Positions 49,256 through 60,315 of a stretch of DNA of 64,000 nucleotides are shown one piece after another (the stretch's first letter is position 1; every line of letters starts with the position of its first letter). Below the pieces are notes generated by a model. That model saw nothing but the letters and a program-made list of their open reading frames with translations, had not been told where the DNA came from and did not search any database. The position numbers and the translations under genes are program-made. The stretch lies in NCBI GenBank assembly GCA_002269645.1, contig NIVC01000440.1:372001-436000 (forward strand). Reading direction: 5' to 3'. The DNA is from Macrostomum lignano (taxonomy: Eukaryota).

Positions 49256-52200
49256 CTAGTTAGCTATTTAGTTAGTCAGTTAGTTAGTTAGTTTGTGTCA
49301 AAACAAGTGCGCGACGTCAAAACCATCATTAAAAAGCAATTAACAACAAATTCTCAGCCAAATCGCTGAACGACACGTTCGCCCCGTTGCGAGCCGTCCA
49401 GCCCAAGGGCCCGCTGGTTAACTCCGAATACTACGCTGGCTGGCTGGACAACTGGTCCGGTCAGCACGCACAAGTTGACGCCAAGGCGGTCTCTGACGGC
49501 CTCGCTCGGATGCTGGCGTACGGAGTCAGCGTCAACATCTACATGTTCTTCGGGGGCACGAATTTTGGCTATTGGAACGGCGCCAACTCGCCGCCGCTGG
49601 CGCCGCAGCCAACATCGTACGATTATGACGCGCCTCTGGCCGAGAATGGCGACACCCGGTGAGAGCGCAGCTTGGGGCTTGACTCTGCCTGTTTTAAGTT
49701 TATTGGGACCTTCACGATAGTCAAGGGTAACCATCCCCTGGGCACCCTGGTGCTACGCATTCCGCTGATGAAGTACTTATGGTTGTCTCGGGGTTGTCTT
49801 TGGAAGGGTCTCAGTCAGACCAAAGCAGAGAACTCAATGTACGCAGACGGGCGGTCGGTACAGTCACTCAGACTCGGAAACTCGGAAACTTAGAATTCGA
49901 GAAACTCAAGACTCCTTGACGGAAACAAGGCGGAGAGGGGTCCTATTTATGGCCGGGATTCTCCGGCGCACAAGACCTCGTGACTCGTTCTATTTTTAGA
50001 ACTGACGTCACTTGAGGTCTGCGGGAAGAGTGCGCCCGGAAGTGACTCAGCGTCTATTTTTAGAACTGACATCACTTTCCGCCTTAGAGAAGGCGGGGTC
50101 TACGGGCAAAGTGCAAGGGGCCGCACGACTCAGTATCTATTTTTAGAAACATGAGTCATCCTTTACCTTAGGGAAGGCAAGGGCCCCGAGGCACGTGATT
50201 CTCCCATAAACAGGACTAGCGAGTGCAGTAAACATGTTTACTGCACTTTAGGACTCCAAGAACGCAAGATGGTCACATGACAGAGGAAACCGGGACGGGA
50301 ACGAAACAGACAGCCCACAGCAGAGAGGCTGAGGGCTGAAAACAGAGGCACAAGAAACGAACAGGGTAGGAAAAGGGGCAACAACAGACAGAAAAGGGAG
50401 GCGGGAAGCTGACCAGCGGCAGACAGCAACCCAGGGCGAGGACGCAGGCGAGGGAAACTGCTGACAAAAGGGGACGCCTAACGCTAAACTAGCGGCTCAC
50501 TACACTTACCATAGCGGGGGCGCCATCCTAGAATCCACTCCTGACTCACCCTGCCATCTAGCCAGTGAAACAACACAGTTTGCATTTTTAAATAGGACAG
50601 ACGGTAGAATGACACAGGATGTGCGGTGTGTCCTGACATTTCTCATAGCGTTAGCACTCCCGAACGCGCTCGACGGGGGCTGATTCGTACACGAAGAGGC
50701 AACAACAGGGGCGTCGCCACCTGGGGGGGGGCTGGCAGGGGGACATATCTCCTCAGTAAAAGCTATGGGGGGACAAACTGCTGCTTATGTGACCCGTTAC
50801 GGAAATCAGTAATTTTGTTTCAGGGGCTAAAATATAGTGCATGTGGCGCTAAAATGAGCGCTAACAACATCGATGCTCAAAATGATGTACATGTAGGAAT
50901 TTATTCATATACATGTACAATTCTTGCCTTTGTCCCCCCACCATAAAATCCATGGCGACGCCCCTGCCAACAAGCCAGGTGCAGACTGTACATTCAGTAC
51001 ATGCCAGACGGACGCAAAGAAGGGCTTATAAGTTTTTCAGATAGTTATTAGATAACAAATCAACCGAATCTGCACTTTTGAGGTTGAAAAAGAGGTTGTA
51101 CCCGTGAGTGCGTGTGCCCATCCATGTGCGCGCTCAGGTACTAGATGTAAGCAACCGCCTTTCCCTCACAGGTACAAGTACCAGCTCATCCGTCAGGTAA
51201 TCATCAACGCGACGGGTCGTCAACCGCCACCGGTGCCACCGAACTCAACGGTCTCATCGTTGGGCACCGTCAAGCTGCGCCGTCTCGCCAGCCTCCTGGG
51301 AAATCTGGACTCCCTAATTGTGAATCGGGTGGACAGCAAACTTCCGGTTGCCATGGAAACTCTAGGCCAGTATCAAGGCTTTGCTCTGTACGGAGCTCAA
51401 ATCCCCAAAGGCTACGATGCGACTGAGTATTCGCTCCGGCTGGCGAAAGCTCGCGATTTTGTCTACGCATTCGCTTCGAGTGAGTCCCAGCCATCGCTGG
51501 GCCAGTTTCTCGGCTCCATCAGCTATTCGGATTCAGAGGCTGTCTTGAACTTCACCGCCAGCAATTCGAGTGGCGTCAGAAACCTCTGGCTGCTCGTTGA
51601 GAACTGCGGCCATGTCAACTATGGCGGCGACCTACAGGGCAATGTTAAGGTTGGCAATATTCAACGATTTTGCCAGAAGTTCGGATTTTTCCCTTAGGCT
51701 TAAGTGCTTGTGTATTTAATACAACCCTGTTGCGCCAATCAGCACTGCGCCTCAGTGCAGCCTTGCCAAACCTTCATAGTTCATGTGTCTGCATCAGGTC
51801 TGACTTCCTTGGTTTCGCTGATCAAGCCTCAACTGCTGGACATCTTCTGCTGGTATCTCTAGCATTCCTTCATCACCCCAAGAATGTTTAGTAGGGCTTA
51901 GATCAACAAAAAAATAGTGGTGTAAGTAAATTCAAGAAGTTTTGACGTGTCAGCGCTGTTTCAACAAGCATTTAAATAATAGTACATGTACTAAAATTAA
52001 TAATAGTAATAGTCAGTAACTTTTATAAGTAAGTCAGAAGCCTTCAAACACCGCATGTCAGATCTTCTGTAGAGTTACAGGCATACAGTATTCTGTTGCT
52101 TGTTCTTTCCTGTGGTTTTTTATGTACAACTCGTTATCTATCTGTGCATTAGAATGTGTCATTCAATACAATTCCATGAACCTGAAACTGCGCACAGGGC

Positions 52201-53467
52201 ATTCTCGGCTCGGTGACGCTGAACGGTGCACCGCTGTACGGCTGGCGCAGCTACGCTTTGGACTTTGACCGCTTGGCCGCCAGGCCGCTGCGCTCGCGCC
52301 GGTCAGTGTTTAACTTTGGTCCCGTGCAACACATTTTGCTTAGCTGGCTTCAGTGCAAGTTTATCTAGCATATAGTTTTAAAACTTAATTAGATTTCGTT
52401 AGATAGTTTGTTGCTGACCTCTGATTATATGGTTGACGATGATCCTATGATCCCACGACTGTTGATTGCTTTGGCAGGTAAAACAGCCTCCCAGATCCCC
52501 TCAGTTGTTGGGCCAGCCTCCCAGATCCTCTCAGTTGCTGGGCCAGCCTCCCAGATCCCCTCAGTTGCTGGGCCAGTCTCCCAGAGTGTCGGTTGCTGGG
52601 CCAGCCTCCCAGAGTGTCAGTTATTGGGCCAGCCTCCCAGATCCTCTCAGTTGCTGGGCCAGCCTCCCAGATCCCCTCAGTTGCTGGGCCAGTCTCCCAG
52701 AGTGTCGGTTGCTGGGCCAGCCTCCCAGAGTGTCAGTTGTTGGGCCAGCCTCCCAGATCCTCAGTTGCTGGGCCAGCCTCCCAGATCCTCTCAGTTGCTG
52801 GGCCAGCCTCCCAGATCCCCTCAGTTGCTGGGCCAGCCTCCCAGATCCCCTCAGTTGCTGGGCCAGCTTCCCAGAGTGTCAGTTGCTGAGCCAGCTTCCC
52901 AGAGTGTCAGTTGCTGGGCCAGCTTCCCAGAGTGTCAGTTGCTGGGCCAGTCTCCCAGAGTGTCAGTTGCTGGGCCAGCCTCCCAGCTTACCAAACATTC
53001 CTCTACCGATCTGTTCCCCGCTATTTAGATTAGCAGCCTCAGCAGAGGCTCACAAAGGGCAGGACGCGGCGCAGGCGGCCCAGGCCAGCCTGTACATGGG
53101 CGAGTTCACACTGGACAAGAACAACCTGACCGACACGTACGCCAACTTGTCAACATTTTGTAAAGGCCAACTGTGGATCAACGGCTTCAATTTGGGCCGC
53201 TACTGGCCCTGCGCCGGTCCCCAGGTGACCTTGTACGTACCCGGAGCGGTGCTGAGAGAAGGCAGCAACTCTATTGCAGTGCTGGAACTGCTCCAAGCGC
53301 CCTGTTTGAATGACAGCTCCTGTCGAGTTGACTTTCTTGCCATGCCGGACATTGGTTTGAGCAGACCTGCTGGCGAGTCCGTTGGCCGACTCGAATATGA
53401 CCGAGAGTCGCTGCAGGTCCTGGCAACCGCCGAGGAGCTGCCCCAGCTCGATGACGGTCGCATGTGA
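48017..53467 (+). CDS. GLB1: Lysosomal-type beta-galactosidase, GH35 (689 aa, 6 exons)
   Basis: Exons 48017-48038, 48132-48857, 49358-49658, 51172-51649, 52198-52301 and 53029-53467 total 2070 nt in frame, all GT-AG. Signal peptide, [20 protein letters not shown], catalytic QLENEYG and [23 protein letters not shown]. The first micro-exon is less certain. Confidence 0.92.
48899..49292. repeat. (TAGT)n microsatellite in GLB1 intron 2
   Basis: About 95 units with TAGC variants. Confidence 0.97.
49660..50247 (-). promoter_or_regulatory. LTR-like promoter/enhancer cassette antisense in GLB1 intron 3
   Basis: Three repeats of an AP-1-like motif plus CTATTTTTAG (MEF2; 49990, 50054, 50137) plus CRE/AP-1; ETS CCGGAAGT; E-box CACGTG; 26 bp palindrome 50222-50247. 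On the minus strand: TATA-like ATAAATAG (49950-49943), AATAAA (49704-49699) and terminal CA. Confidence 0.55.
50706..50966 (+). mobile_element. 261 bp MITE with CAGGGGCGTCGCCA TIRs
   Basis: Perfect 14 bp TIRs; flanks GCAACAA/CCAACAA; homologous to the array-bearing copy ending at 14510. Confidence 0.82.
52483..52986 (+). repeat. CCAGCCTCCCAG(ATCC/AGTG)TCAGTTGCTGGG minisatellite in GLB1 intron 5
   Basis: About 17 units of 28-30 nt. Confidence 0.94.
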
Positions 53468-53559
53468 ATGAAAACTGCATGTAACTTTAAGTACTGGATT
53501 CTGTTGCATTGCATATCATTGCATGATTCTCCCTGAGGAGCAGAGGGGCGGAAAGGGGA

Positions 53560-54520
53560 AGAAAAAAGGGGCGGAGGGAGAGAGAGAGCAGGGCGGAGAG
53601 TGGATGGAGAGAGAAGGGCAGAGCGTGGAGGGAGAGAGAGGGGCGGAGAGAGGAGGGAGAGAGAGGGGCGGAGAGTGGAGGGGGAGAGAGGGGTGGAGAG
53701 TGGAGGGGGAGAGAGGGGCGGAGAGTGGAGGGAGAGAGAGGGGCGGAGAGTGGAGGGAGAGAGAGAGCGGGGCGGAGAGTGGAGGGAGAGAGAGGGGTGG
53801 AGAGTGGAGGGAGAGAGAGGGGCGGAGAGTGGATGGAGAGAGAAGGGCAGAGCGTGGAGGGAGAGAGAGGGGCGGAGAGTGGAGGGAGAGAGAGAGAGGG
53901 GCGGAGAGTTGAGGGGGAGAGAGGGGCGGAGAGTGGAGGGAGAGAGAGGGGCGGAGAGTGGAGGGAGAGAGAGAGCGGGGCGGAGAGTGGAGGGAGAGAG
54001 AGGGGTGGAGAGTGGAGGGGGAGAGAGGGGCGGAGAGTGGAGGGGGAGAGAGGGGCGGAGAGTGGAGGGGGAGAGAGGGGCGGAGAGTGGAGGGAGAGAG
54101 AGAGCGGGGCGGAGAGTGGAGGGAGAGAGAGGGGTGGAGAGTGGAGGGAGAGAGAGAGGCGGAGAGTGGAGGGGGAGAGAGAGGCGGAGAGTGGAGGGGG
54201 AGAGAGGGGCGGAGAGTGGAGGGAGAGAGAGGGGCGGAGAGTGGAGGGAGAGAGAGGGGCGGAGAGTGGAGGGAGAGAGAGAGCGGGGCCGAGAGTGGAG
54301 GGAGAGAGAGGGGTGGAGAGTGGAGGGAGAGAGAGGGGCGGAGAGTGGAGGGAGAGAGAGGGGCGGAGAGTGGAGGGGGAGAGAGGGGCGGAGAGTGGAG
54401 GGAGAGAGAGAGGCGGAGAGTGGAGGGAGAGAGAGGGGCGGAGAGTGGAGGGAGAGAGAGGGGCGGAGAGTGGAGGGGGAGAGAGGGGCGGAGAGTGGAG
54501 GGAGAGAGAGGGCGGAGAGT
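53560..54520. repeat. 25 nt purine-rich minisatellite GGCGGAGAGTGGAGGGAGAGAGAGG
   Basis: Array ~90 bp downstream of the GLB1 stop; same family at 57250-57890. Confidence 0.95.
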
Positions 54521-54568
54521 GAAGGTAAAGAAGCAATTTTTGTTAGAAAAAGCGCACAAAATGAATGA

Positions 54569-54852
54569 GGGGTTGTAGCCGAGTGGTCAGAGCGTCGGAC
54601 TCACGACTGAAAGGACGGGGGTTCGATTCTCGACCCCATTGGAGCACTTTTTGTCCATGAGCAAGGCACTCAACTCTGCATTGCTTCAGTTCACCCAGCT
54701 GTAAAATGGGTGCCAGCATTAGCTGGGGTAATTGAGGGTGTGGCGACCCCCCAGTCCTTGGGCTGAACAGCCGTACGCAGCCTTCAGATGCGCCGCGCAA
54801 TAGCTGCGGCTGAGCTGTCGGTTGCACATCTGGCCCAATTGGGGCAGGTGTA
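54569..54852 (+). mobile_element. tRNA-derived SINE, full length
   Basis: A/B boxes, central domain and tail as in the 39535-39810 copy. Confidence 0.88.
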
Positions 54853-55279
54853 ACAAAAACCTTGCATGCCGTGTGTCAATCAATAATCGAAATTAAAATT
54901 TAGTGCCAATAATTTCATTCGGCAAAGAGCCTGCTCATGTTTTTGAGAATACTTCGCAACTCGATTCATACATGTATTTGTTTTATTTTTTGATTGTTTT
55001 TTGTCAGAAATTGCGAGAAAATCCGAAGTTAATTTTCTCCGGCACTCTTGAAGGTCAAATGCTCTGGAAACTTCTTTGATTCGACTTCTGCATTAGTTTC
55101 TATTGAAAAAAATATTTGAATCACAATACACGTCTGTCGTAGCAGTGTACAGTAATAATAATAATATTTATAATAATATTAATAACAATAGACAATAACT
55201 TCTATTTCATTGCGCTGTCGAGTTCGCCAAAGACTACTAATAGTAAGAGAAAGCAAAACTGCATGTTTTCATGTTTCAA

Positions 55280-56510
55280 GAGGCAGAGGGAAATGCAGAG
55301 GCAGAGGCAGAGGGAGGGGAGAGGGAGGTTGAGGGGGGAGAGAGAGGGGGAGAGGGAGAGGCAGAGGGAGAAGAGAGGCAGAGGAGAGGCAGAGGTAGAG
55401 GAGAGGCAGAAGAGAGGCAGAGGAGAGGCAGAGGAGAGGCAGAGGTAGAGGAGAGGCAGAAGAGAGGCAGAGGAGAGGCAGAGGAGAGGCAGAGGAGAGG
55501 CAGATGAGAGGCAGATGAGAGGCAGAGGAGAGGCAGAGGAGAGGCAGAGGAGAGGCAGAGGAGAGGCAGAGGAGAGGCAGAGGAGAGGCAGATGAGAGGC
55601 AGAGGAGAGGCAGAGGAGAGGCAGAGGAGAGGCAGAGGAGAGGCAGAGGAGAGGCAGAGGAGAGGCAGAGGAGAGGCAGAGGAGAGGCAGAGGAGAGGCA
55701 GAGGAGAGGCAGAGGAGAGGCAGAGGAGAGGCAGAGGAGAGGCAGAGGAGTGGCAGAGGAGAGGCAGATGAGAGGCAGAGGAGAGGCAGAGGAGAGGCAG
55801 AGGAGAGGCAGAGGAGAGGCAGAGGAGAGGCAGAGGAGAGGCAGAGGAGAGGCAGAGGAGAGGCAGAGGAGAGGCAGAGGAGAGGCAGAGGAGAGGCAGA
55901 GGAGAGGCAGAGGAGAGGCAGAGGAGAGGCAGAGGAGAGGCAGAGGAGAGGCAGAGGAGAGGCAGAGGAGAGGCAGAGGAGAGGCAGAGGAGAGGCAGAG
56001 GAGAGGCAGAGGAGAGGCAGAGGAGAGGCAGAGGAGAGGCAGAGGAGAGGCAGAGGAGAGGCAGAGGAGAGGCAGAGGAGAGGCAGAGGAGAGGCAGAGA
56101 GAGGCAGGCAGAGGAGAGGCAGAGGAGAGGCAGAGGAGAGGCAGAGGAGAGGCAGAGGAGAGGCAGAGGAGAGGCAGAGGAGAGGCAGAGGAGAGGCAGA
56201 GGAGAGGCAGAGGAGAGGCAGAGGAGAGGTAGAGGAGAGGCAGAGGAGAGGCAGAGGAGAGGCAGAGGAGAGGCAGAGGAGAGGCAGAGGAGAGGCAGAG
56301 GAGAGGCAGAGGAGAGGCAGAGGAGAGGCAGAGCAGAGGAGAGGCAGAGGAGAGGCAGAGGAGAGGCAGAGGAGAGGCAGAGGAGAGGCAGAGGAGAAGG
56401 CAGAAGAGAGGCAGAGGAGAGGCAGAGGAGAGGCAGAGGAGAGGCAGAGGAGAGGCAGGGGCAGAGGAGAGGCAGAGGAGAGGCAGAGGAGAGGCAGAGG
56501 AGAGGCAGAT
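55280..56510. repeat. 11 nt minisatellite AGGCAGAGGAG
   Basis: About 110 highly homogeneous units. Confidence 0.97.
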
Positions 56511-57249
56511 GAGAGACAGGGGCAGTGGCAGCCTCCCTGCACCCTGCTTCCGGTTTTGCTGTAGTTGCAATCTTATCGCAGCCTTGCCATGTCAGCCAAC
56601 GGCTCTAAAATCGAGCCCTAAAGCCAACGAAAGCTGCATCGCAGCTCAGGCCTCACAAAGCTTGTCTAGGATCTACTTTCTCAATTTTGGCAATAAATAA
56701 CGGAGCCAAAGCCCCAGCAGTTATCTGGAGATCCCAATCGCTAAATTTGCATAGAGCTTAGTTCCCACTGCAACGCAATGCATAGCGCAGAGTCCATTCT
56801 AGTCGATAACATGCGGCACGCTAGCGGGAGTTGCTATGACAACCAGGCGTAGACCCAAATCCATAGGTAAGATGCTAAAATCCGAGTAAGAGTCTTGGGG
56901 GATCTTTTTGAATAATTGATCAAGGAGTGTCCAGCATAGCACACAGGGCGTTGTCTTGTCTATAAGCTAAGAACAGTGATTTTTCCAGTGCGCACTGGGC
57001 CCTGTTTGGTTATAAAAAACCGGAACATCTGCAGTTTCGCTCAACTCTTTTCGCATCAGAGAGTCAAATAATTTGCCGCCAAAGTTTTATAATTAAAAAT
57101 TTCCAAAAAAACGTTTAAGCAGCGGTGAGCTAAGAATGAGTTCGTCAGGTGCAGAACGGGCGAGAACCGCGCCGCCAGGGTCTGCGACGAGACGCTCGTT
57201 GAGCACTTCCAGGGTGAGACTTTGCTGGGGGAAGAGGTAGAGAATGGTA

Positions 57250-57890
57250 GAGAGAAGCGGAGAGTGGAGGGAGAGAGAGGAGCGGAGAGTGGAGGGAAAG
57301 AGAGCTAGGGGTGGAGAGTGGAGGGAGAGAGAGGGGTGGAGAGTGGAGGGGGAGAGAGGGGCGGAGAGTGGAGGGAGAGAGAGCTAGGGGCGGAGAGTGG
57401 AGGGAGAGAGAGCTAGGGGTGGAGAGTGGAGGGGGAGAGAGGAGCGGAGAGTGGAGGGAGAGAGAGGAGCGGAGAGTGGAGGGAGAGAGAGGCGGAGAGT
57501 GGAGGGAGAGAGAGGGGCGGAGAGAGGGGGGAGAGAGGGGCGGAGAGTGGAGGGAGAGAGAGGCGGAGAGTGGAGGGAGAGAGAGGGGCAGAGAGTGGAG
57601 GGAGAGAGAGGGGCGGAGAGTGGAGGGAGAGAGAGGGGCGGAGAGTGGAGGGAGAGAGAGAGCGGGGCGGAGAGTGGAGGGGAGAGAGGGGTGGAGAGTG
57701 GAGGGAGAGAGAGAGGCAGAGAGTGGATGGAGAGAGAGAGGCAGAGAGTGGATGGAGAGAGAGAGGCGGAGAGTGGAGGGAAAGAGAGGGGCGGAGAGTG
57801 GAGGGAGAGAGAGGGGCGGAGAGTGGAGGGGGAGAGAGGGGCGGAGAGTGGAGGGGGAGAGAGGGGTGGAGAGTGGAGGGGAGAGAGGGG
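57250..57890. repeat. 25 nt purine-rich minisatellite (same family as 53560-54520)
   Basis: Unit GGCGGAGAGTGGAGGGAGAGAGAGG. Confidence 0.94.
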
Positions 57891-58324
57891 CAGGGAGGGA
57901 GCGAGGAGCGGACAAGAGAAGGGCTCAGAAGTTGCAGAAGTTGGTTAGCAGCATGCTTAATATTTAAGCGATGCTGCTTTGTGCTGAACTTATCAACGGT
58001 GTACAGTTCCTATAACCGAATTAGGAAGTCCAATTTCTTAAAATAATTAGGATTAGCCTTGAGGTGCTTTTAAAAGCAGAACCCATTTGACTGATTGAAG
58101 GCTCACTCGGAGTTTTTGTAAACAGCATGCGCTCAAATGAAGAGAAGATTCGAACACTTACTTATGCATGCTGCCTGGGAGGAGGAGTTACAAGCAGCCC
58201 TTTAGGAAGTGCCAGCGTTGTAATGAGTAGACTTTCAATAAGAACTTTGATGTCTTCTTCACGTAAACCCGGAACTTGACGTCAAACCTGTGACGGTATT
58301 CCAATAGCTGAATACAAAGTATCC

Positions 58325-58735
58325 CATGGATTGATTGATTCATTGATTTTTATGCTTTTATTGATTTGGTTGACTTGATTGATTGATTGATTGATTGATT
58401 GATTTGATTTATTATTTGAATCGATAGATTTCATTAATTGATTGATTGATTGATTGATTTGATTAATTATTTGAATTGATAGATATCATCGATTGATTGG
58501 TTGATGTATTGATCTGATTGATTTGATTGATTGATTGATTAAGTTGATTGATTGGTTAATTGATTTGATTGATTTATTGATTAATTAATTGATTGATTTG
58601 ATTGATTAATTGATTGATTGATTGATTGATTGATTTATTAATTTGATTGATTTGACTGATTGGTTGATTGATTGGTTGGTTGATTGATTGGTTGGTTGAT
58701 TGATTGGTTGGTTGATTGATTGATTGATTGATTGA

Positions 58736-58774
<39 letters not shown>

Positions 58775-58795
58775 TGATTGATTGATTGATTTGAC

Positions 58796-58839
<44 letters not shown>

Positions 58840-59035
58840 GATTGATTGATTGATTTGATTGATTGATTGATTTGATTGATTGAATCGATTTGATTGACTC
58901 ATTGATTGAATTGATTTGATTGATTTGATTGATTTGATTGATTTGAGTGATTTGATTGATTTGACTGATTGATCCGATTGATTTGGTTGATTTGATTTAT
59001 CCGATTGATTTGGTTGATCCGATTGATTTGGTTGG
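58325..59035. repeat. (ATTG)n degenerate microsatellite
   Basis: About 700 bp of GATT/GATTT/GGTT units. Confidence 0.95.
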
Positions 59036-59194
59036 GCTCAATTTCAGGCTTTAACTCAGCGTGGCCAGCAGCAACCAAACTCCGAATTTCTCAGTCGACT
59101 GGAACTGTTGAGGGTGCGGCGACCGAAGTTTCGCTGCCCAATCGACAATCTGCACTACTTGGTGAGTAATTAAAATGCATTGGTGTAAAACTCT

Positions 59195-59885
59195 GGGATC
59201 CCCAGTGCATCGGATTCTGAATTCCCCCAGTTGCATCGGATTCTGAATTCCCCCAGTTGCATCGGATTCTGAATTCCCCCAGTTGCAACGGATTCTGAAT
59301 TCCCCCAGTTGCATCGGATTCTGAATTCCCCCAGTTGCATCGGATTCTGAATTCCCCCAGTTGCATCGGATTCTGAATTCCCCCAGTTGCATCGGATTCT
59401 CAATTCCCCCAGTTGCATCGGATTCTGAATTCCCCCAGTTGCATCGGATTCTCAATTCCCCCAGTTGCATCGGATTCTGAATTCCCCCAGTTGCATCGGA
59501 TTCTGAATTCCCCCAGTGCATCGGATTCTGAATTCCCCCAGTTGCATCGGATTCTCAATTCCCCCAGTTGCATCGGATTCTGAATTCCCCCAGTTGCATC
59601 GGATTCTGAATTCCCCCAGTTGCATCGGATTCTGAATTCCCCCAGTTGCATCGGATTCTGAATTCCCCCCCCCAGTTGCATCGGATTCTGAATTCCCCCA
59701 GTTGCATCGGATTCTGAATTCCCCCAGTGCATCGGATTCTCAATTCCCCCAGTTGCATCGGATTCTGAATTCCCCCAGTGCATCGGATTCTGAATTCCCC
59801 CAGTTGCATCGGATTCTGAATTCCCCCCCCAGTTGCATCGGATTCTGAATCCCCCCCCAGTGCATCGGGTTCTGAATTCCCCCAA
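59195..59885. repeat. 26-27 nt minisatellite CCCCCAGTTGCATCGGATTCTGAATT
   Basis: About 26 units. Confidence 0.96.
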
Positions 59886-60315
59886 TACATTGGTCTCTAA
59901 ATTCTCTTAGCGATTGTATATAAAACATTCCGTCGCGAAAACCCTTATTCTGCTGAACAAACAAAATATAAGATTTTTATTTTACAGCAGCTCAACTCGA
60001 ACGGGTGCTCAGTCGATTCAATGGACTCCAAGTGGGGGCTTACAACACCTGAGACTCACCTGAAGCCAGGTGTCCGCACTAATTTACAGTTCATCCGTTC
60101 TCCCCTTTACCGCTCTCATTTAATCCTACCGTCTCAGTCTCAAATCGGCAATGCACCGTGCCAATCTCAATGCTTGAGCTGGCTGCCCGAGACGGGGAAC
60201 TTCGGTTTGAAGTCTCTGGGATACTGTCATTAAGTTCCCTGAGCCGTAATTACCGCGACTGCGTCAATCCTGTCTCCGTTTTCTCTCCCCACCTGCTCAA
60301 ACTCGTCGCTTAAAG

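Noticed and set aside
50508-50525. PBS-like TGGCGCCCCCGCTATGG on the minus strand
   Set aside because: Not preceded by a copy of the LTR-like end and not matched to any tRNA I can recall.
53487-57967. 200-446 aa ORFs rich in S/P/L or E/R/G
   Set aside because: Translations of purine-rich minisatellites on both strands.
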